Assembly (NCBI GenBank): GCA_900319345.1
Contig: ONNZ01000002.1
Coordinates: 21,111 to 85,110 of the forward strand
Source of the DNA: an uncultured Eubacteriales bacterium
GTDB taxonomy: Bacteria > Bacillota > Clostridia > Christensenellales > CAG-138
Length of the DNA stretch: 64,000 bases
Direction: 5' to 3'
This document shows, piece by piece, positions 61,589 through 64,000 of the stretch. Within the stretch, counting starts at the first letter, position 1, and every line of letters begins with the position of its first letter. The position numbers and the translations under genes are program-made. The notes under the pieces were generated by a model that did not search any database, was not told the origin of the DNA, and was given only the letters and a program-made list of their open reading frames with translations.

Positions 61589-62285
61589 GGATTTCCTCGA
61601 AGGCATCCGGCGGGTGCAGGCAGGCGACCAGGCGGCGGAGGAAGCGCTGCTTCGGGAGAACATGCCCCTGGTGGCCGCCATCGCCCGCCGGTATCAAAAC
61701 TGCGGTCTCGCCCAGGAGGACATGATCCAGCTGGGCAGCATCGGCCTGCTGCAAGCCCTGCGGCGGTTCGACCCGGACCGGGGCCTGTGCTTCTCCACCT
61801 ACGCCGTGCCCCTCATTGCCGGGGAGATACGGCGGTTTTTGCGGGATGACGGCATGGTGAAGTTCTCCCGGGAGGCTAAATCCCTGGCCCTGCAGATCGA
61901 GCGGGTCCGCCGGGAGCAGGGGGACTTGACCGTAGAGGAGCTGTCGAAGCGGTTGAACGTGCCCCTGGAGGATATCACGGCGGCCCTGGCCTCCCGGACG
62001 GCGGCCCTCTCCCTGGACGCGCCTACGGACGAGGACGGGGCCGACCTGCAGACCTTTTTGGGGAGCGACGGCGCTAACACGGAGCAGGACGCCCTGAGGC
62101 GGGTGGAGCTGAGGGAGCTGTTCGCCGTCCTCTCGGAGCGGGAACGGCAGGTGCTGTTCTTGCGCTACTTCCAGGACCGGACCCAAAACGAGGTGGGAAA
62201 GCGGCTGGGGCTCTCCCAGGTGCAGATATCACGAATAGAAAAGAAGGCCCTGCTGCGCATGCGGCAGCAGGGCGAAAAAGCTTGA
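61578..62285 (+). CDS. sigF: RNA polymerase sporulation sigma factor SigF
   Basis: The GTG start overlaps the spoIIAB end. Sigma-70 regions 2-4 are present (YAVPLIAGEIRRFLRD ... TQNEVGKRLGLSQVQISRIEKKAL). Confidence 0.9.
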   Translation: MGSEDFLEGIRRVQAGDQAAEEALLRENMPLVAAIARRYQNCGLAQEDMIQLGSIGLLQALRRFDPDRGLCFSTYAVPLIAGEIRRFLRDDGMVKFSREAKSLALQIERVRREQGDLTVEELSKRLNVPLEDITAALASRTAALSLDAPTDEDGADLQTFLGSDGANTEQDALRRVELRELFAVLSERERQVLFLRYFQDRTQNEVGKRLGLSQVQISRIEKKALLRMRQQGEKA

Positions 62286-62286
62286 T

Positions 62287-62769
62287 CTATCGTTCCATGA
62301 GCATCCGTATCCCGTAGGCGGAGACGGACTGTTTATATACTTCCTCCCCGGTCAGGCGAAAGCCGCACTTCTCATAGAAGCGGACGGCCCGGCCGTTGCC
62401 CTTCACCGCCCACAGGCAGATCTTGGGATAGGCTGCCAGGGCTTCCAGGGCTGCGTCCATCAGCTGCCGTCCCACGCCGGTGCCATGGTATTCCGGTAGC
62501 ACGTAGAGGGCATACACCTCCCCCATGTCGGGCTCCTCCGGGCCATGGTTCCCATACCCTACGAAGCCGACGACCCGGTCCCCCTCCTTGGCCACCAGGA
62601 TATTGTCCCGCCAGAGGAAGGCCCGTTCCTCGCACTTTTCCAGAGTCAGCTTGTTTAAATAATCCTGACTCACCAGGCCCGGGTAGGTCTCCTGCCAGCA
62701 CTTCCAATGGACGAAAGCCTTGCCTTTGACCTCCTGGTCCGTCTCCATGGGTTTGATCACGATGGACAT
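62287..62769 (-). CDS. GNAT-family N-acetyltransferase
   Basis: 160 aa. The acetyl-CoA motif is LYVLPEYHGTGVGRQLM. Confidence 0.88.
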   Translation of the reverse strand: MSIVIKPMETDQEVKGKAFVHWKCWQETYPGLVSQDYLNKLTLEKCEERAFLWRDNILVAKEGDRVVGFVGYGNHGPEEPDMGEVYALYVLPEYHGTGVGRQLMDAALEALAAYPKICLWAVKGNGRAVRFYEKCGFRLTGEEVYKQSVSAYGIRMLMER

Positions 62770-62776
62770 AGAGACC

Positions 62777-63421
62777 TCAGTAGTTGATGGTACCCTCGGT
62801 GCCGTCGATGAGGCGCTTGATGTTGGCCCGATGGCGGATGATGATGACCGCGGTGCAGAGGGCGGCGAAGAGCCACAGCCAGGGCCGCTGGGCGTAGTTC
62901 ACGGCGCAGAGGATGGTGAAGAGCAGGGAGCTGGTCATGGACACCAGGGAGATCTTATGGCAGAGGAAGTAGACGATGAGGGCAAAGCCGAAGGTGATGG
63001 CCCCGCCCAGGGGGAAGCTGAAGAACATGAAGGCGAAGAAGCAGGCCACGCCCTTGCCGCCCTTGAAGCGATACAGCACGGGCCAGCAGTGGCCCAGCAC
63101 CACGCCCAGGCCCCCGATATAGCCGCCCAGGGCAAAGTCCAGGGCGCTGTTTTGGACGGCGATGCCCCACCATTTGCCCAGGAGAGCCCCCAAAGCCACG
63201 CCCAGGAAGCACTTGAAGGCGTCCCCCAGGAAGGTGATCACGCCCCACTTGGTGCCGAAGACCCGGGTCATGTTGGTGGCGCCGGGGTTGCCGCTGCCGT
63301 GCTTTCTCACGTCGTCGTGGAGGAAGCGCTTGGAGAACAGCACCGCCGACTGGAAGTTGCCGATGAAGTAGCTGAGGATCAGGATGATGGCTACGGTCTG
63401 GATTTGGACTACGTTCAACAT
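62777..63421 (-). CDS. plsY: Glycerol-3-phosphate acyltransferase PlsY
   Basis: I trimmed the start to the ATG at 63421 (MLNVVQIQTVAIILILSYFIGNF). It has HGSGNPGATN and FKGGKGVA. Confidence 0.93.
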   Translation of the reverse strand: MLNVVQIQTVAIILILSYFIGNFQSAVLFSKRFLHDDVRKHGSGNPGATNMTRVFGTKWGVITFLGDAFKCFLGVALGALLGKWWGIAVQNSALDFALGGYIGGLGVVLGHCWPVLYRFKGGKGVACFFAFMFFSFPLGGAITFGFALIVYFLCHKISLVSMTSSLLFTILCAVNYAQRPWLWLFAALCTAVIIIRHRANIKRLIDGTEGTINY

Positions 63422-63423
63422 GT

Positions 63424-64000
63424 TTATTCCTCCTTCCCTCGATTGCGGAAGATGATCTTGATGGGCGTCCCGGCGAAGCCAAAGGTCTTCCTGAAGTAGT
63501 TCTCCATATACCGCTTGTAGGAGAAGTGGACCAGGGCTTCGTCGTTGACGAAGATGACGAAGGTGGGCGGCTGGACGCTGACCTCCGTGGCGTAATAGAT
63601 CTTGAGGCGCTTGCCGGACATGGCCGGAGGCTCCGTCATGGAGATGGCCTCGTTGACGATGTCGTTCAGGGTGCCGGTGGTGATCCGGCGGATGGACTGG
63701 GCGTAGCTCTCCTTGGCGGCGGAAAGGAGCTTGTTCACCCGCTGGCCGGTCTTGGCGGAGATGAACAGGAAGGGCACGTAGTCCATGAAGGCCAAATCCA
63801 CCTGCATGTCCTTCTTGAACTTGTTCATGGTGTTGGTGTCCTTCTCGATCAGGTCCCACTTATTGACCACCAACACCGAGGGCTTCCCTTCCTCGTGGAC
63901 GTAGCCCGCGATCTTCACGTCCTGCTCGGAGAGGCCCTGTTCCGCGTCCACCACGATGAGCACCACGTCCGCCCGCCGCACGGCGGCCAGGGACCGGATG
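63424..64000 (-). CDS. der: Ribosome-biogenesis GTPase Der (EngA), C-terminal part; the gene continues beyond the right edge
   Basis: The second GTPase domain end (LVVNKWDL) and the KH-like C-terminus (...PPTFVIFVNDEALVHFSYKRYMENYFRKTFGFAGTPIKIIFRNRGKEE) are present. Confidence 0.9.
   Translation of the reverse strand, partial: IRSLAAVRRADVVLIVVDAEQGLSEQDVKIAGYVHEEGKPSVLVVNKWDLIEKDTNTMNKFKKDMQVDLAFMDYVPFLFISAKTGQRVNKLLSAAKESYAQSIRRITTGTLNDIVNEAISMTEPPAMSGKRLKIYYATEVSVQPPTFVIFVNDEALVHFSYKRYMENYFRKTFGFAGTPIKIIFRNRGKEE

Overview
This 64-kb window is a chromosomal segment from a high-GC, endospore-forming Clostridia-type Firmicute. I infer the taxon from spoIIIAA-AH, spoIIAA-spoIIAB-sigF, whiA, a CIRCE/hrcA heat-shock operon, and the gene order asp23-nusB-xseAB-ispA-dxs-tlyA-nadK-argR-recN.

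Most coding is housekeeping on the minus strand, often translationally coupled through ATGA/GTGA overlaps:
- a cobalamin riboswitch leading a BtuFCD-like transporter plus cobT and cobU
- hrcA-grpE-dnaK-dnaJ, lepA-hemW and rsmD-coaD
- an eight-tRNA array with an internal promoter
- tsaE-tsaB-rimI, queA-tgt and the spoIIIA operon
- a U32 peptidase, then hslO, whiA, rapZ and murB
- plsY and der (partial)

I saw no rRNA, CRISPR array, transposase or recombinase.

The non-core content lies mainly in two places:
- A plus-strand block at 42960-50438. It holds an E2/CAT-fold protein whose catalytic His is replaced by Glu, a coupled membrane protein, three tandem diverged paralogous lipoproteins of unknown function, yitT, a Cys-rich protein and tRNA-Ser.
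- A low-GC islet at about 50440-52660. It starts with duplicated units made of the tRNA-Ser 3' end, a terminator hairpin and an inverted tRNA 3' end. It also holds an XRE-HTH fused to a degenerate CPBP-like membrane domain. Finally, a single AT-rich gene (about 37% GC in a hand-counted sample) sits in the 3' end of a THUMP methyltransferase gene; it carries a surrogate gene end and displaces the original end plus terminator 476 bp downstream.

Smaller oddities:
- tRNA-Lys 3'-end fragments downstream of the tRNA array
- a 50-aa minimal SpoIIIAF
- a DUF1538 / tandem P-II pair with an apparently leaderless start
- a divergent TsaD-like gene located away from a tsaD-less tsaEB-rimI cluster
- a bidirectional promoter that shares one palindromic -35 hexamer

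All family assignments come from reading motifs by eye. No database search was possible.
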